Assembly: GCA_003249555.1 (NCBI GenBank)
Contig: QKIQ01000017.1
Span: forward strand, 5,937-69,936
Source of the DNA: Clostridia bacterium
GTDB lineage: Bacteria > Bacillota > Clostridia > Christensenellales > SZUA-584
Direction: 5' to 3'
Length of the DNA stretch: 64,000 nucleotides
In this document: positions 9,055 through 18,346 of the stretch, one piece after another
Layout of the letters: each line of letters begins with the position of its first letter
How positions within the stretch are numbered: position 1 is the stretch's first letter
The notes under the pieces: generated by a model
The model's input: only the letters and a program-made list of their open reading frames with translations
Told to the model about the DNA's origin: nothing
Database searches by the model: none
Made by a program: the position numbers and the translations under genes

Positions 9055-9988
9055 AGTCTTTTTCGGCATTGATACCAGCGCTTATACCACTTCAATTGCA
9101 GCCGTTTCGCAAGGCAAGCTTCATTTGGATATAAGAAAAATGCTTGAGGTGCCGCAAGGCTGCCGCGGCTTAAGACAGTCTGAAGCGGTTTTTTCTCATG
9201 TCAAAAATCTACGGGAATTGTTTGACAGCATAGATATTTCTTTTGATGCTTTGAGCGCAGTGGCTTTCAGTGAAAAGCCTTGCCCGGCAGACGGCTCATA
9301 TATGCCGGTTTTTTGTGTGGGCGCATCTCACGCGTATGCGGTATCCGCAGTGACAGGCGCATCATCATATGCCTTAACTCATCAGCACGGACATATTTAT
9401 AGCGCTTTTTTTGATAATGTAATAGAGGATGGTCAATACGGCGCTTTTCACGTGTCGGGCGGCACGCTAGATATTCTTAAAGTGACTATTAAAGACGGAA
9501 TTGTTGCAGATATTCACACACTCGGCGGAAGCCTTGATATCACGTGCGGCCAGTTGATCGACAGAACGGGTGTCGCGGCAGGGCTAAAGTTTCCGTCAGG
9601 TTCACAAATGGAAAAAATGTATGTATCTGGCGCGCCAAAGCTGGCTGTACATGTGCAAGCGCTTTCAGCCAATCTCTCTGGAGCGGAAACGCAGGCTTTG
9701 AGACGGCTTGCTGCAGGAGAAGACGCCGCATTTGTTTGCAGTGCTGTGATCGACTGTGTGTCTCGTACGTTGACCGAACTTTTAATTAATACTTCAACAT
9801 TAAAGGGCATTAAAAGCTTTTTATTTACAGGCGGCGTAATCTGTAATACCATAATCAGAGAAAATATTAAAAATGCTTGCGTGGAGAACAGCCTGAGCTG
9901 CGTGTTCGCGCAGAAACACTTGTGCAGTGATAATGCCTGCGGGTTGGCGATGGCTGCAGAGCGTCTGCACAGAAAAGGAGAATCATGA
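9041..9988 (+). CDS. Kae1/TsaD-like ASKHA-fold protein (peptidase M22 family paralog), function unknown
   Basis: GIDTSAYTTSIAAV (compare TsaD GIETSCDET), HQHGH (HxxxH metal motif), FTGGVICN (compare GGVAAN) and LCSDNACGLAMA (compare CTDNAAMIA). Confidence 0.7.
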   Translation: MNRSEVFFGIDTSAYTTSIAAVSQGKLHLDIRKMLEVPQGCRGLRQSEAVFSHVKNLRELFDSIDISFDALSAVAFSEKPCPADGSYMPVFCVGASHAYAVSAVTGASSYALTHQHGHIYSAFFDNVIEDGQYGAFHVSGGTLDILKVTIKDGIVADIHTLGGSLDITCGQLIDRTGVAAGLKFPSGSQMEKMYVSGAPKLAVHVQALSANLSGAETQALRRLAAGEDAAFVCSAVIDCVSRTLTELLINTSTLKGIKSFLFTGGVICNTIIRENIKNACVENSLSCVFAQKHLCSDNACGLAMAAERLHRKGES

Positions 9989-10824
9989 GCATTATTGATG
10001 GGAAAGCCATTTCGGCACAGATTAGAGAACAATTGAAAAAAGATGTAACTGCACTCAAAGTTCAAGGAACAGTTGCCGGACTTGCAGTGATACTTGTGGG
10101 AGACGACCCTGCATCGGCGATATATGTCAGAAATAAGGAAAAGGCGTGTGAGGAGGTTGGCATCCGCTCTACAGTGCATCGACTGAGCGCTCAGACCACG
10201 CAGGAGAGCCTTGTTTCGTTGATACAGAGCCTTAATTCAGATAAAGCTATTCACGGCATACTTGTTCAGCTCCCGTTACCCAAACCGCTTGATCCGCTGG
10301 TTGTGCTGCGATCTGTTAATCCCGATAAGGATGTGGATGGTTTGCACGTGGTTACTGCGGGGCGCTTGTTTGTGGGCGAAAAAGGTTTTATTCCCTGTAC
10401 GCCCAAAGGCATCATGCACCTAATAAAAAGTACGGGAACACAGATCAGCGGTAAAAACGCTGTTGTGGTAGGACGAAGCAATATGGTTGGCAAGCCTGTG
10501 GCACATTTGCTGATGGGCGAGAACGCGACGATCACAATCTGCCATTCGCGTACAAAAGATCTTGATAAGATTTGCGCTAACGCGGATATACTCGTGGCAG
10601 CAATCGGACGTCCGGAGATGATTACCGGAGATTTTATTAAGCCGGGCGCAGTTGTGATTGATGTGGGCACAACAAAAGTGGATGGTAAGCTTAAAGGCGA
10701 TGTGCTGTTTGACGAAGCTGTGCAAAAAGCCAAATATATCACACCCGTACCTGGCGGTGTGGGGCCTATGACCATTACGATGCTGCTGGAAAACACGATT
10801 GAAGCGGCAAAGCTCTATGGCTGA
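9985..10824 (+). CDS. folD: Bifunctional methylenetetrahydrofolate dehydrogenase/methenyl-THF cyclohydrolase
   Basis: IIDGKAIS...YVRNKEKAC...GILVQLPLP...VVVGRSNMVGKP...PVPGGVGPMT. Confidence 0.95.
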   Translation: MSIIDGKAISAQIREQLKKDVTALKVQGTVAGLAVILVGDDPASAIYVRNKEKACEEVGIRSTVHRLSAQTTQESLVSLIQSLNSDKAIHGILVQLPLPKPLDPLVVLRSVNPDKDVDGLHVVTAGRLFVGEKGFIPCTPKGIMHLIKSTGTQISGKNAVVVGRSNMVGKPVAHLLMGENATITICHSRTKDLDKICANADILVAAIGRPEMITGDFIKPGAVVIDVGTTKVDGKLKGDVLFDEAVQKAKYITPVPGGVGPMTITMLLENTIEAAKLYG

Positions 10825-12052
10825 GCCGATACGCGAATCCACAAAGAAAAAGACTACGGGAGATGTTGTGTTCAGTATCTCCCAAATTACAGAATACATC
10901 AGCCGCAAAATGTTCAGCGACCCTTTTTTGAGCACGGTCAAGGTGGTAGGCGAAGTCACAAACTTTGGCTTATCGTCCGTCGGCAATGCTTATTTCACAT
11001 TGAAAGACGAAAATGCGATGCTGGACTGTGTCGTTTACGACTTTCAGCAGCACCCGGATATGGAAATCATTTCGGACGGGGCGTTGCTTGAAATTGGCGG
11101 TCGTATTTCATTTTACAGAAAGAATGCATCCGTACAGCTCATTGTGGATTCGGCAATGCTTGGGGGCATAGGCGATCTCTATGCACGTTTTGAACGCACA
11201 AAACAAAAGCTCCTTCAGGAAGGCTTGTTTTCCGAAGCGCATAAGAAACCGCTGCCCGAGTTCCCACTTCGCATTGGCGTGGTGACCTCACCTTCGGGAG
11301 CAGTGCTTCACGACATCATCAACGTGTCCACGAGACGCTTTGACGGCATTCATATTACCGTTTATCCCGTACCTGTTCAGGGCATAGATGCGGCGCCTCG
11401 TATCTGCCGCGGCATTGCCTATTTCAATGAAAAGATGAATGTGGATGTAATGATTGTGGCACGCGGGGGCGGTTCTTTTGAAGACCTAGCGCCGTTTAAC
11501 GAAGAAAGCGTGGCGCGGGCCGTTAATGCTTCAAACATCCCTGTTGTGTCTGCGGTTGGCCATGAAACGGACTACTCCTTATGCGATATGGCGGCCGATC
11601 TGCGTGCCCCCACGCCGTCGGCAGCGGCCGAGCTTGTTGTAAGAGAAAAGTGTGTGCTAATCGAGGCTCTGGACAGGCAAAAAAAGACGCTGCTTGATGC
11701 GTTGATTGATTTGTTTGAGAGCAGAGAAGCAAAGCTTCAAAGGCTCAAATGTTCTGTCAGCGCACACGCATTGCGTCTGATGCTAAGCCGTGCCGAAGAT
11801 GCATTGAACGCAAACAAAAAGCTAATGCAGGGCAGCTTGAATAATGCGTTTGAAAGGCATGAAACACGTCTGGAAAGATATCGTGATCGTCTTGAGGATT
11901 TAAGCCCCATGCGTGTTTTGGAAAGAGGCTTCGCGATTGTTCGCAGTCAGGAAGGTATTGTGACATCGGCATCAAATACGGCTGATGATATGGAGATTGA
12001 ATTTGCAGACGGAAGAATTGCTGTATCAAGAAAGAAGGGATTTAATGGCTGA
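10817..12052 (+). CDS. xseA: Exodeoxyribonuclease VII large subunit
   Basis: OB-fold N-terminus (VKVVGEVTNF), IGVVTSPSGAVLHDI, IVARGGGS.EDL. ATG 10817 overlaps the folD stop by 8 nt. Confidence 0.9.
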   Translation: MAEPIRESTKKKTTGDVVFSISQITEYISRKMFSDPFLSTVKVVGEVTNFGLSSVGNAYFTLKDENAMLDCVVYDFQQHPDMEIISDGALLEIGGRISFYRKNASVQLIVDSAMLGGIGDLYARFERTKQKLLQEGLFSEAHKKPLPEFPLRIGVVTSPSGAVLHDIINVSTRRFDGIHITVYPVPVQGIDAAPRICRGIAYFNEKMNVDVMIVARGGGSFEDLAPFNEESVARAVNASNIPVVSAVGHETDYSLCDMAADLRAPTPSAAAELVVREKCVLIEALDRQKKTLLDALIDLFESREAKLQRLKCSVSAHALRLMLSRAEDALNANKKLMQGSLNNAFERHETRLERYRDRLEDLSPMRVLERGFAIVRSQEGIVTSASNTADDMEIEFADGRIAVSRKKGFNG

Positions 12053-12245
12053 TTTTGAAAAGGAACTGGAAAAACTAGAGGATGTCACGCGCCGTCTGCA
12101 GTCTGGCGAAGAAGGCATTGAAAAGAGCATGGCGCTTTACACCGAAGGCGTTAAACTTGCCGAAACGTTGCAGAAAAAGCTCAAAGAATATAAAACCAAA
12201 ATCGATATATTGGAAGCCGAAGGAGATGTGTCATGTCGAGAATAG
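12045..12245 (+). CDS. xseB: Exodeoxyribonuclease VII small subunit
   Basis: MADFEKELEKLEDVTRRLQSGEEGIEKSMALYTEGVKLAE. ATG 12045 overlaps the xseA stop. Confidence 0.9.
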   Translation: MADFEKELEKLEDVTRRLQSGEEGIEKSMALYTEGVKLAETLQKKLKEYKTKIDILEAEGDVSCRE

Positions 12246-13120
12246 AGCAAGACATGCGTGACATCACCGAAGTTGTGAATCGGCGACTGGATGCTCTGTT
12301 AGACGAGACGTGCGAGCCCGGAATATTAATGGACGCAATGAGCTATAGTCTTAAAGCGGGCGGAAAAAGGCTACGGCCTGTGCTTTGCATGCTGTCGGCA
12401 GCCATGTTCGGCGAGATGCACAAGGCGTTAGATGTGGCGTGCGCGATAGAAATGATTCATACATATTCGCTGATACATGACGATTTACCCTCAATGGATA
12501 ACGATGTGCTGCGACGCGGCAAGCCAACCAATCATGTGGTTTTTGGTGAAGCGTTTGCGCTGCTCGCGGGAGATGGCCTGCTAAACTGCGCTTTTGAAGT
12601 ATTGCTCAATTACGCACAAAAAAACAGAGAAAACAAACTCGATGTTATCAGTGCTATGCATATCATTGTGTCCGCATCCGGCACCAGAGGCATGATTGCC
12701 GGGCAGTCTGCTGATCTTGAGTTTGAAGGCAAAGATGTGGATGCACAGGTGCTGCATTATATACACGAACGCAAAACAGCAGCCATGATAAAGGCGTCTG
12801 TTATTGCTGGTGCGGCTCTGTTTTATGCAAACGAAGCCGACATGAAAGCTCTTTGTTTATATGGAGATAATCTTGGGCTCGTTTTTCAGATCGTCGACGA
12901 TATTCTTGATGAAACAGGAGATGAAAAAAAGCTTGGGAAGTCAACAGGCAAAGACAAGGACGCAGAAAAAATGACGTTTTCGCGAGTGTACGGTATCCGT
13001 GCATCACAGCGCATTGCTAAGGAAAAAACGGATGAAGCCATATGTGCGTTGGAACGATTCGGCAAGCGTGCAAACGGGCTCAGAACACTCGCAGACTTTA
13101 TGCTGGAACGCGACAAATAA
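12233..13120 (+). CDS. ispA: Farnesyl/geranyl diphosphate synthase (polyprenyl synthetase)
   Basis: Asp-rich motifs IHDDLPSMDND and VDDILD, plus GGKRLRP. Confidence 0.9.
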   Translation: MSRIEQDMRDITEVVNRRLDALLDETCEPGILMDAMSYSLKAGGKRLRPVLCMLSAAMFGEMHKALDVACAIEMIHTYSLIHDDLPSMDNDVLRRGKPTNHVVFGEAFALLAGDGLLNCAFEVLLNYAQKNRENKLDVISAMHIIVSASGTRGMIAGQSADLEFEGKDVDAQVLHYIHERKTAAMIKASVIAGAALFYANEADMKALCLYGDNLGLVFQIVDDILDETGDEKKLGKSTGKDKDAEKMTFSRVYGIRASQRIAKEKTDEAICALERFGKRANGLRTLADFMLERDK

Positions 13121-13133
13121 CGATACAACGTCG

Positions 13134-13172
13134 AAGGCTGCAGTTCATTTTTAGCGGCCTTTATTTTTTTTA
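13134..13172 (+). terminator. Rho-independent terminator after ispA
   Basis: AAGGCTGC / GCGGCCTT stem (one G-U pair) with a 13-nt loop, followed by ATTTTTTTT. Confidence 0.6.
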
Positions 13173-13363
13173 TTAATTTTTTGAATTCATAAGTATCACT
13201 GCATTTTTAGTGTTGCCGTCACAGTGCCGAAAACTTCGGTTTTGTCGATTTTTCCATGACACTATACAAGCAGTCTTAGCTTACATTCACTGGCTTTTCG
13301 CCAGTATAAAAGCATTTTTGCATGGTAAAGATAGTCATATCAAGCCGACTGAGGAGATATGAC

Positions 13364-14137
13364 ATGCTGATAAACAAAGTTGAAATCTGCGGCGTTGACA
13401 CGTCTAAGCTGCCAGTGATGAAACCAAAGCAAATGAAGGAGATGATGATTCGCGTTAAACAAGGTGATCAAAAAGCAAGAGAGGAATTTATCAGAGGAAA
13501 TCTTAGACTTGTGTTAAGTGTGATCCAGCGCTTTACCGGACGGCGTGAGAATATGGATGACCTTTTTCAAGTCGGATGTATCGGACTTATAAAAGCAATA
13601 GATAATTTTAATGTGGAACTGGGCGTTCGTTTTTCCACATATGCTGTTCCTATGATCACGGGGGAACTTCGCCGCTATCTGCGCGACAACAACAGTATTC
13701 GCGTCTCCAGATCTTTGCGTGACATTGCCTATAAAGCCCTCCAGGTCAGAAATACGCTCTCAAAAAAAGAAAGCAGCGAGCCGAGCGTGGAGAAGATCGC
13801 CAAAGAGCTTGGCGTAAACGTGGAGGACGTTGTTTTTGCTCTAGACGCCATCCAGGACCCCGTGTCTTTGTACGAGCCTGTTTATCATGACGGCGCAGAC
13901 GCGATATATGTGATGGATCAGCTTCAGGACAAAAGCAGTGCCGATGAAAACTGGCTCGAAGGCATTGCGCTTAAAGAAGCCATCGATAAGCTCTCCGAGC
14001 GTGAGAAGAACATCATTACAATGCGCTTTTATCAAGGCAAGACGCAGATGGAGGTAGCGGACGAAATCGGGATCAGTCAGGCGCAAGTCTCAAGGCTGGA
14101 AAAAAACGCGCTGAAGAGTATGAGAAGAAGTATTTAA
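13364..14137 (+). CDS. sigG: Forespore-specific RNA polymerase sigma factor G
   Basis: NKVEICGVDTSKLPV, GNLRLVLSVIQRF, DDLFQVGCIGL.K.IDNF, FSTYAVPMI.GE.RRYLRDNN.IRVSRSLRDIAYKAL, ALDAIQDPVSL.EP and GKTQMEVA.EIGISQAQVSRLEK closely track B. subtilis SigG. ATG 13364 follows GAGGAG. Confidence 0.92.
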   Translation: MLINKVEICGVDTSKLPVMKPKQMKEMMIRVKQGDQKAREEFIRGNLRLVLSVIQRFTGRRENMDDLFQVGCIGLIKAIDNFNVELGVRFSTYAVPMITGELRRYLRDNNSIRVSRSLRDIAYKALQVRNTLSKKESSEPSVEKIAKELGVNVEDVVFALDAIQDPVSLYEPVYHDGADAIYVMDQLQDKSSADENWLEGIALKEAIDKLSEREKNIITMRFYQGKTQMEVADEIGISQAQVSRLEKNALKSMRRSI

Positions 14138-14151
14138 AAATACCAGGTAAT

Positions 14152-14193
14152 AAAGACCGTTTTCGCAAAATGTATTGCGGCGGTCTTTTTTTT
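14152..14193 (+). terminator. Rho-independent terminator after sigG
   Basis: AAAGACCG...CGGTCTTT long hairpin with an inner CGCAA/TTGCG stem, followed by a run of 8 T. Confidence 0.7.
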
Positions 14194-14227
14194 ATATTTG
14201 CGATATATGATAGATTGAGGTGATATT

Positions 14228-14488
14228 ATGACGCGTTATACCAAGCTTCGGCAGATGGAAGTGGTCAACATACTGGACGGCGCACGTTTGGGGTATCTGT
14301 GTGACCTTGTTATTGATATGAATTCGGGGAAGGTATGCGGCATCGTTGTTCCCGGCCCGTCAAAATTTTCGTTTTTATTTAAGGGAGATAAAGACAGCGT
14401 AATCCCATGGCAGAATATACGCAAATTCGGAGAAGATGTGATACTCGTGGAAGTTGATATAAATTCCATGCCTAATTATCACGATTAA
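14228..14488 (+). CDS. ylmC: YlmC/YmxH-family sporulation protein (PRC-barrel)
   Basis: L.QMEVVNILDGARLGY..DLVID..SGKV.GIVVPG...F. Confidence 0.85.
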   Translation: MTRYTKLRQMEVVNILDGARLGYLCDLVIDMNSGKVCGIVVPGPSKFSFLFKGDKDSVIPWQNIRKFGEDVILVEVDINSMPNYHD

Positions 14489-14516
14489 TTGTAATTATCT
14501 AAGATTATGTTATAAT
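14489..14516 (+). promoter_or_regulatory. Candidate sigma-A promoter upstream of nrdR
   Basis: TTGTAA, 16 nt, TATAAT, with TGT extended -10. Confidence 0.4.
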
Positions 14517-14542
14517 AAAGGCAAAAGTTTTGGGGGTTAGTT

Positions 14543-14998
14543 ATGAATTGCGTTTTCTGCGGCCATCCCGAGAGCAAAGTTGTTGATTCCAGACCCACTG
14601 ACGAAGGCAGTTCAATCAGGCGACGCCGAGAATGTCTTTCGTGCAAAAAGCGTTTTACCACGTACGAGAAAATAGACAGTCTGCCGCTTTTGGTTGTTAA
14701 AAAGAACGGCGAAAGAGTCCCGTACGATTCGGATAAAATAAAAATGGGCATTATTAAAGCCTGCGAAAAGCGACCGGTGCCTATGCAGGACATTGAAGAG
14801 CTCGTTTCCAACGTAGAAAAAAGCATATTTAATTCTTTAAGACAGGAGATATCCTCGAAGGAGATCGGCGGGCTTGTGATGCGTGGCCTTAAAGAGCTTG
14901 ACGATGTGGCTTATGTGCGGTTTGCTTCTGTTTATAGGGAATTTAAGGATGTTGATACATTTATGCAGGAGCTGCAGCGGCTGCTGGAAGAAAAATAA
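14543..14998 (+). CDS. nrdR: Transcriptional repressor NrdR
   Basis: Zinc ribbon CVFCG...C.SC..RFTTYE followed by an ATP-cone ([12 protein letters not shown]). Confidence 0.95.
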   Translation: MNCVFCGHPESKVVDSRPTDEGSSIRRRRECLSCKKRFTTYEKIDSLPLLVVKKNGERVPYDSDKIKMGIIKACEKRPVPMQDIEELVSNVEKSIFNSLRQEISSKEIGGLVMRGLKELDDVAYVRFASVYREFKDVDTFMQELQRLLEEK

Positions 14999-15001
14999 CC
15001 T

Positions 15002-15829
15002 ATGCAGTCAATGAATTCAAACATGGCTTTAAGGGAAAAAGACGGAGTTAAATTCTTAACCATACCCTTTTTTGAGCAAGCTGGCGGCGTCATCTGTGCT
15101 TTTTCCACGCGCATGGGCGGTGTGAGCCCTAAGCCTTTTGACACGCTCAATTTTAGCCGCAAACGTGAGCAGAGCAATAGAAATTTTGCTGAAAACTTTA
15201 AGAGATTTGCGCAGGCAGTCGGGTTCGACGAGAATAAAGCTGTGGGAATCAATTATGCCCACAGTCCTCATGTTTATCATGTTCATAACGAGGATGCAGG
15301 GAGAGGTGTTTTTGGTGAGCCTTTGACAGAATACTGCGACGGCTTATATACGGATGCGACTGCCATACCAATTCTTTCTTTCCATGCGGACTGTGTCCCG
15401 CTGTTTTTTTATGATCCAAAGCGGCGGGCTGTGGCTGTGTGTCATGCTGGCTGGCGCGGTGTGGCGGCACATATTGCGCAAAACACCGTAGATTCACTCG
15501 TGGCAATTGGCTGCAGCCAAGAAAACATACTTGCGGCAATCGGCCCATGCATCAGCGTGAATCATTTTGAAGTGGGAAAAGAAGTGAAAGATGTGTTTTT
15601 ACGTGAATACGGAAACGGTGTTATTCTGAGGCGTAACAACAAGCTTTATGTGAACCTTAATAAAGCTTGTGCGCAAGATATGCTGTCTGCGGGCTTGAAA
15701 GAAAAAAACATCACAGATTCGGGTTTGTGCACGTTTGCGGAGCAAAATCTATTTTACTCTCACAGAAGAGATCATGGGAAAACGGGTGCAATGGCTGCCG
15801 TAATTTCATTAAAGGATGAAGGAAAATGA
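15002..15829 (+). CDS. pgeF: YfiH/PgeF-family protein (laccase-domain / peptidoglycan editing factor)
   Basis: GGVS..PFD.LN, HADCVP, AV.HAGWRG, and a C-terminal FYSHRRD motif. Confidence 0.85.
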   Translation: MQSMNSNMALREKDGVKFLTIPFFEQAGGVICAFSTRMGGVSPKPFDTLNFSRKREQSNRNFAENFKRFAQAVGFDENKAVGINYAHSPHVYHVHNEDAGRGVFGEPLTEYCDGLYTDATAIPILSFHADCVPLFFYDPKRRAVAVCHAGWRGVAAHIAQNTVDSLVAIGCSQENILAAIGPCISVNHFEVGKEVKDVFLREYGNGVILRRNNKLYVNLNKACAQDMLSAGLKEKNITDSGLCTFAEQNLFYSHRRDHGKTGAMAAVISLKDEGK

Positions 15830-16527
15830 ATGAAAGAGTTTTAGTTGTTGATGACGAGCTGAATATTTTGGAGCTTCTGGAATACAACCTCAAAAAGGAC
15901 GGTTATGAAGTCATCCGTGCCGATACCGGAGAAAAAGCAGTTGAGCTTCTTGAAAAAGTAAAGCCCGATATCGTGTTGCTCGATCAGATGTTACCGGGAA
16001 TAGATGGTCTTAATGTATTAAAAAAGATACGTTCGAACGAGTCGCTAGCGGGAATGCCAGTCATCATGGTGACTGCACGTTCCGAAGAAATTGATAAAAT
16101 TATCGGGTTGGAACTTGGAGCAGATGATTATATCACAAAGCCCTTTAGCGTACGCGAGCTTTCTGCGCGCGTTAAAGCGTTGCTTCGCAGAACCAGGCAA
16201 GCAGAAACGCAGATTCCAGCAGTTTTGAATTTCAAGCGGCTGAAAGTGGATACTGTTGGATATAAAGCCTGCATCGGTGAGGACAAACTGTTGCTGACGC
16301 TCAAGGAATTCGACCTTTTGGTGTTGCTGATGTCCAACGGTTCACAGGTCTTTACACGTGACGCCATATTAAACAAAGTATGGGGGTACGACTATTTTGG
16401 CGAAACACGTACTGTCGATGTACATATTACAAACTTAAGAAGGAAGCTTCTTGATTACGGCGAACATATTGAGACTGTAAGAGGAGTTGGGTACCGTTTT
16501 AACACACAAAATGAATCGAATATTTAA
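15826..16527 (+). CDS. OmpR/PhoB-family response regulator
   Basis: Receiver domain (VLVVDDE, DIVLLDQMLPGIDG, TARSEE, KPF) plus winged helix (LT.KEFDLL..L, VW.....TRTVDVHI..LR.KL, TVRGVGYRF). ATGA overlap with pgeF. Confidence 0.9.
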   Translation: MNERVLVVDDELNILELLEYNLKKDGYEVIRADTGEKAVELLEKVKPDIVLLDQMLPGIDGLNVLKKIRSNESLAGMPVIMVTARSEEIDKIIGLELGADDYITKPFSVRELSARVKALLRRTRQAETQIPAVLNFKRLKVDTVGYKACIGEDKLLLTLKEFDLLVLLMSNGSQVFTRDAILNKVWGYDYFGETRTVDVHITNLRRKLLDYGEHIETVRGVGYRFNTQNESNI

Positions 16528-18265
16528 AAAAGTTGCATTGCGAATCACAATTCTTTTCTTCTTGGTTATTGTTGCCGCAAGTGTTTTTACAGCCATTCAC
16601 CTAGACGATAGCTATAAAAATGATCAACGCGCCGCGCTGCTAAAAAATGCCAAGGTTATTGAAAGTGTTTTAATCAGATCTGGCAGCGATGATTATACCA
16701 CGTTAAATAGCATCGATCAAATCAGAGACATGCGTATCACGCTGATTAATTACGATGGTGTTGTTGTTTTTGATTCGCGCGCAGATGCGGATGCTTTAGA
16801 AAATCATGCAGATCGCCCTGAAATCATATCGGCAATGGAATCGAGCGTAGGCTCTAATATTCGCTTTAGCACGACGCTTGGTAAAGATATGATGTATCTG
16901 GCTATCCGGTCGGAAAGCGTCGGTTTGGTTATTCGTGTATCGTTTATGCTTGAAGGCGTTTCAGCCTACTCAGCTGAGCTATGGATACCGCTGATCGTGC
17001 TTCTTGTTGTTGCGTTTATGCTATGTCTTGGCATTGCACTATTCGTTTCGCGCAGAATCACACAGCCAATCATTAAATTGAGGGGAGACATGTCTCGTAT
17101 TGCACAGGGGCAGTATGAAGGATTTGAAAGAATAAAAACGGACGATGAAATCGAAGAGCTGTCTGATTCGCTTTGCAGTATGGCCAACACATTAAAGAGG
17201 AATTTTGACGCCATTACAGAAAATCACTCACGCCTTGAGGCGGTTTTCCGTGCTGTGCCGGGCGGTATTGTGGCAGTGGATAACGATCTTCATGTCATTA
17301 TGGCTAACCCTGTCGCTCGGGGCATGTTTTCGATGGCAGACGCGCCTGAAGGCAAGCACTTTCTTGAAGTGACGCAGCACACGCAGCTTGAATCTGTGAT
17401 TCGTGAAGCCGCAAAGTCACAAGGTGTAATTGAAAGAGAAATGACGATTCTTAGGGGCATGGAGGAGCGATACCTTCAGGTCTTTGCGGTTTGTGTGTTC
17501 AGTGAAGGCCGAGCTTATGGCGTGATACTGCTGGTTCAGGATATCACCAGACTTCGCAAGCTGGAAACGTTGCGAAGTGATTTCGCTGCAAATGTATCTC
17601 ATGAACTCAAAACACCGCTCACGGTCATCCGAGGGTTTACGGATACACTCAAAGACGATTCGATATCACGCGAGGATTCAAACAGGTTCATCGATATCAT
17701 CTCTATAGAATCTGAACGACTATCCCGTTTAATTGACGATATTCTCCTGCTTTCAGAAATTGAGAACGCTGCAAACGTGCCTTTTAGCGTAACGGATTTG
17801 CGAGAGGGGGTGAAAGAAGCGCTGATGCTTCTGAATACCAAAGCCCTAAACAAACAAATATCGCTGAAAACAAACATGTCGGAAAAAGCGGTATGGACAA
17901 ATGCAGAAAATGACCGTATTAAGCAGATGGCGATTAATCTTATTGACAATGCGATTAAATATACGCCATCTAAAGGCGAAGTCAGCGTTGAGGTTTACGT
18001 GGAAGACGGGGCAGCAGTTCTGAGAGTGAAGGATACGGGTATCGGTATTCCCGAAGAAAACATTCCGCGTTTATTTGAACGGTTTTACCGCGTCGATAAA
18101 AGTCGTTCCCGTGCGCTTGGCGGCACTGGGCTTGGGCTCGCTATTGTTAAACACATTATCAATTTGGTTGGAGGACACATCGCGGTGAGCAGTGTTGTGG
18201 GGAAAGGCAGCGCATTCACCGTTTCTCTTCCGCTTGCAAAAACATCAAGTGACGAATCAAATTAA
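16511..18265 (+). CDS. PhoR-like sensor histidine kinase (two TM, periplasmic domain, HAMP, PAS, HisKA, HATPase)
   Basis: H-box RSDFAANVSHELKTPLT, N-box IDNAIKYT, DTGIGIP, GGTGLGLAIVK. ATG 16511 overlaps the regulator gene by 17 nt. Confidence 0.9.
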   Translation: MNRIFKKVALRITILFFLVIVAASVFTAIHLDDSYKNDQRAALLKNAKVIESVLIRSGSDDYTTLNSIDQIRDMRITLINYDGVVVFDSRADADALENHADRPEIISAMESSVGSNIRFSTTLGKDMMYLAIRSESVGLVIRVSFMLEGVSAYSAELWIPLIVLLVVAFMLCLGIALFVSRRITQPIIKLRGDMSRIAQGQYEGFERIKTDDEIEELSDSLCSMANTLKRNFDAITENHSRLEAVFRAVPGGIVAVDNDLHVIMANPVARGMFSMADAPEGKHFLEVTQHTQLESVIREAAKSQGVIEREMTILRGMEERYLQVFAVCVFSEGRAYGVILLVQDITRLRKLETLRSDFAANVSHELKTPLTVIRGFTDTLKDDSISREDSNRFIDIISIESERLSRLIDDILLLSEIENAANVPFSVTDLREGVKEALMLLNTKALNKQISLKTNMSEKAVWTNAENDRIKQMAINLIDNAIKYTPSKGEVSVEVYVEDGAAVLRVKDTGIGIPEENIPRLFERFYRVDKSRSRALGGTGLGLAIVKHIINLVGGHIAVSSVVGKGSAFTVSLPLAKTSSDESN

Positions 18266-18290
18266 TTTTTCAAAATAATTATCCCCATGC

Positions 18291-18319
18291 TTGCACATTT
18301 TTGTGAAATATGATATATT
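18291..18319 (+). promoter_or_regulatory. Candidate sigma-A promoter of the rimP-nusA-infB operon
   Basis: TTGCAC, 17 nt, TATATT, with TGA extended -10. Confidence 0.5.
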
Positions 18320-18346
18320 AATTTCGAAAGCAAGCTTGATTTACAG

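Noticed and set aside
9514-10179. 221-aa minus-strand ORF opposite the Kae1-like gene and folD
   Set aside because: Shadow ORF antisense to well-supported genes, with no motifs. The same applies to 10420-10986, 18927-19442, 28048-28626, 40609-41037, 45852-46457 and 47290-47766.
13300-13345. Possible sigma-F/sigma-G promoter for sigG (GCATT...CATATCA, GTATA...CATGGTA)
   Set aside because: The spacings are wrong (19 and 12 nt instead of 17-18) and the -10 matches are imperfect. It is not reportable without a matrix scan or 5' mapping.
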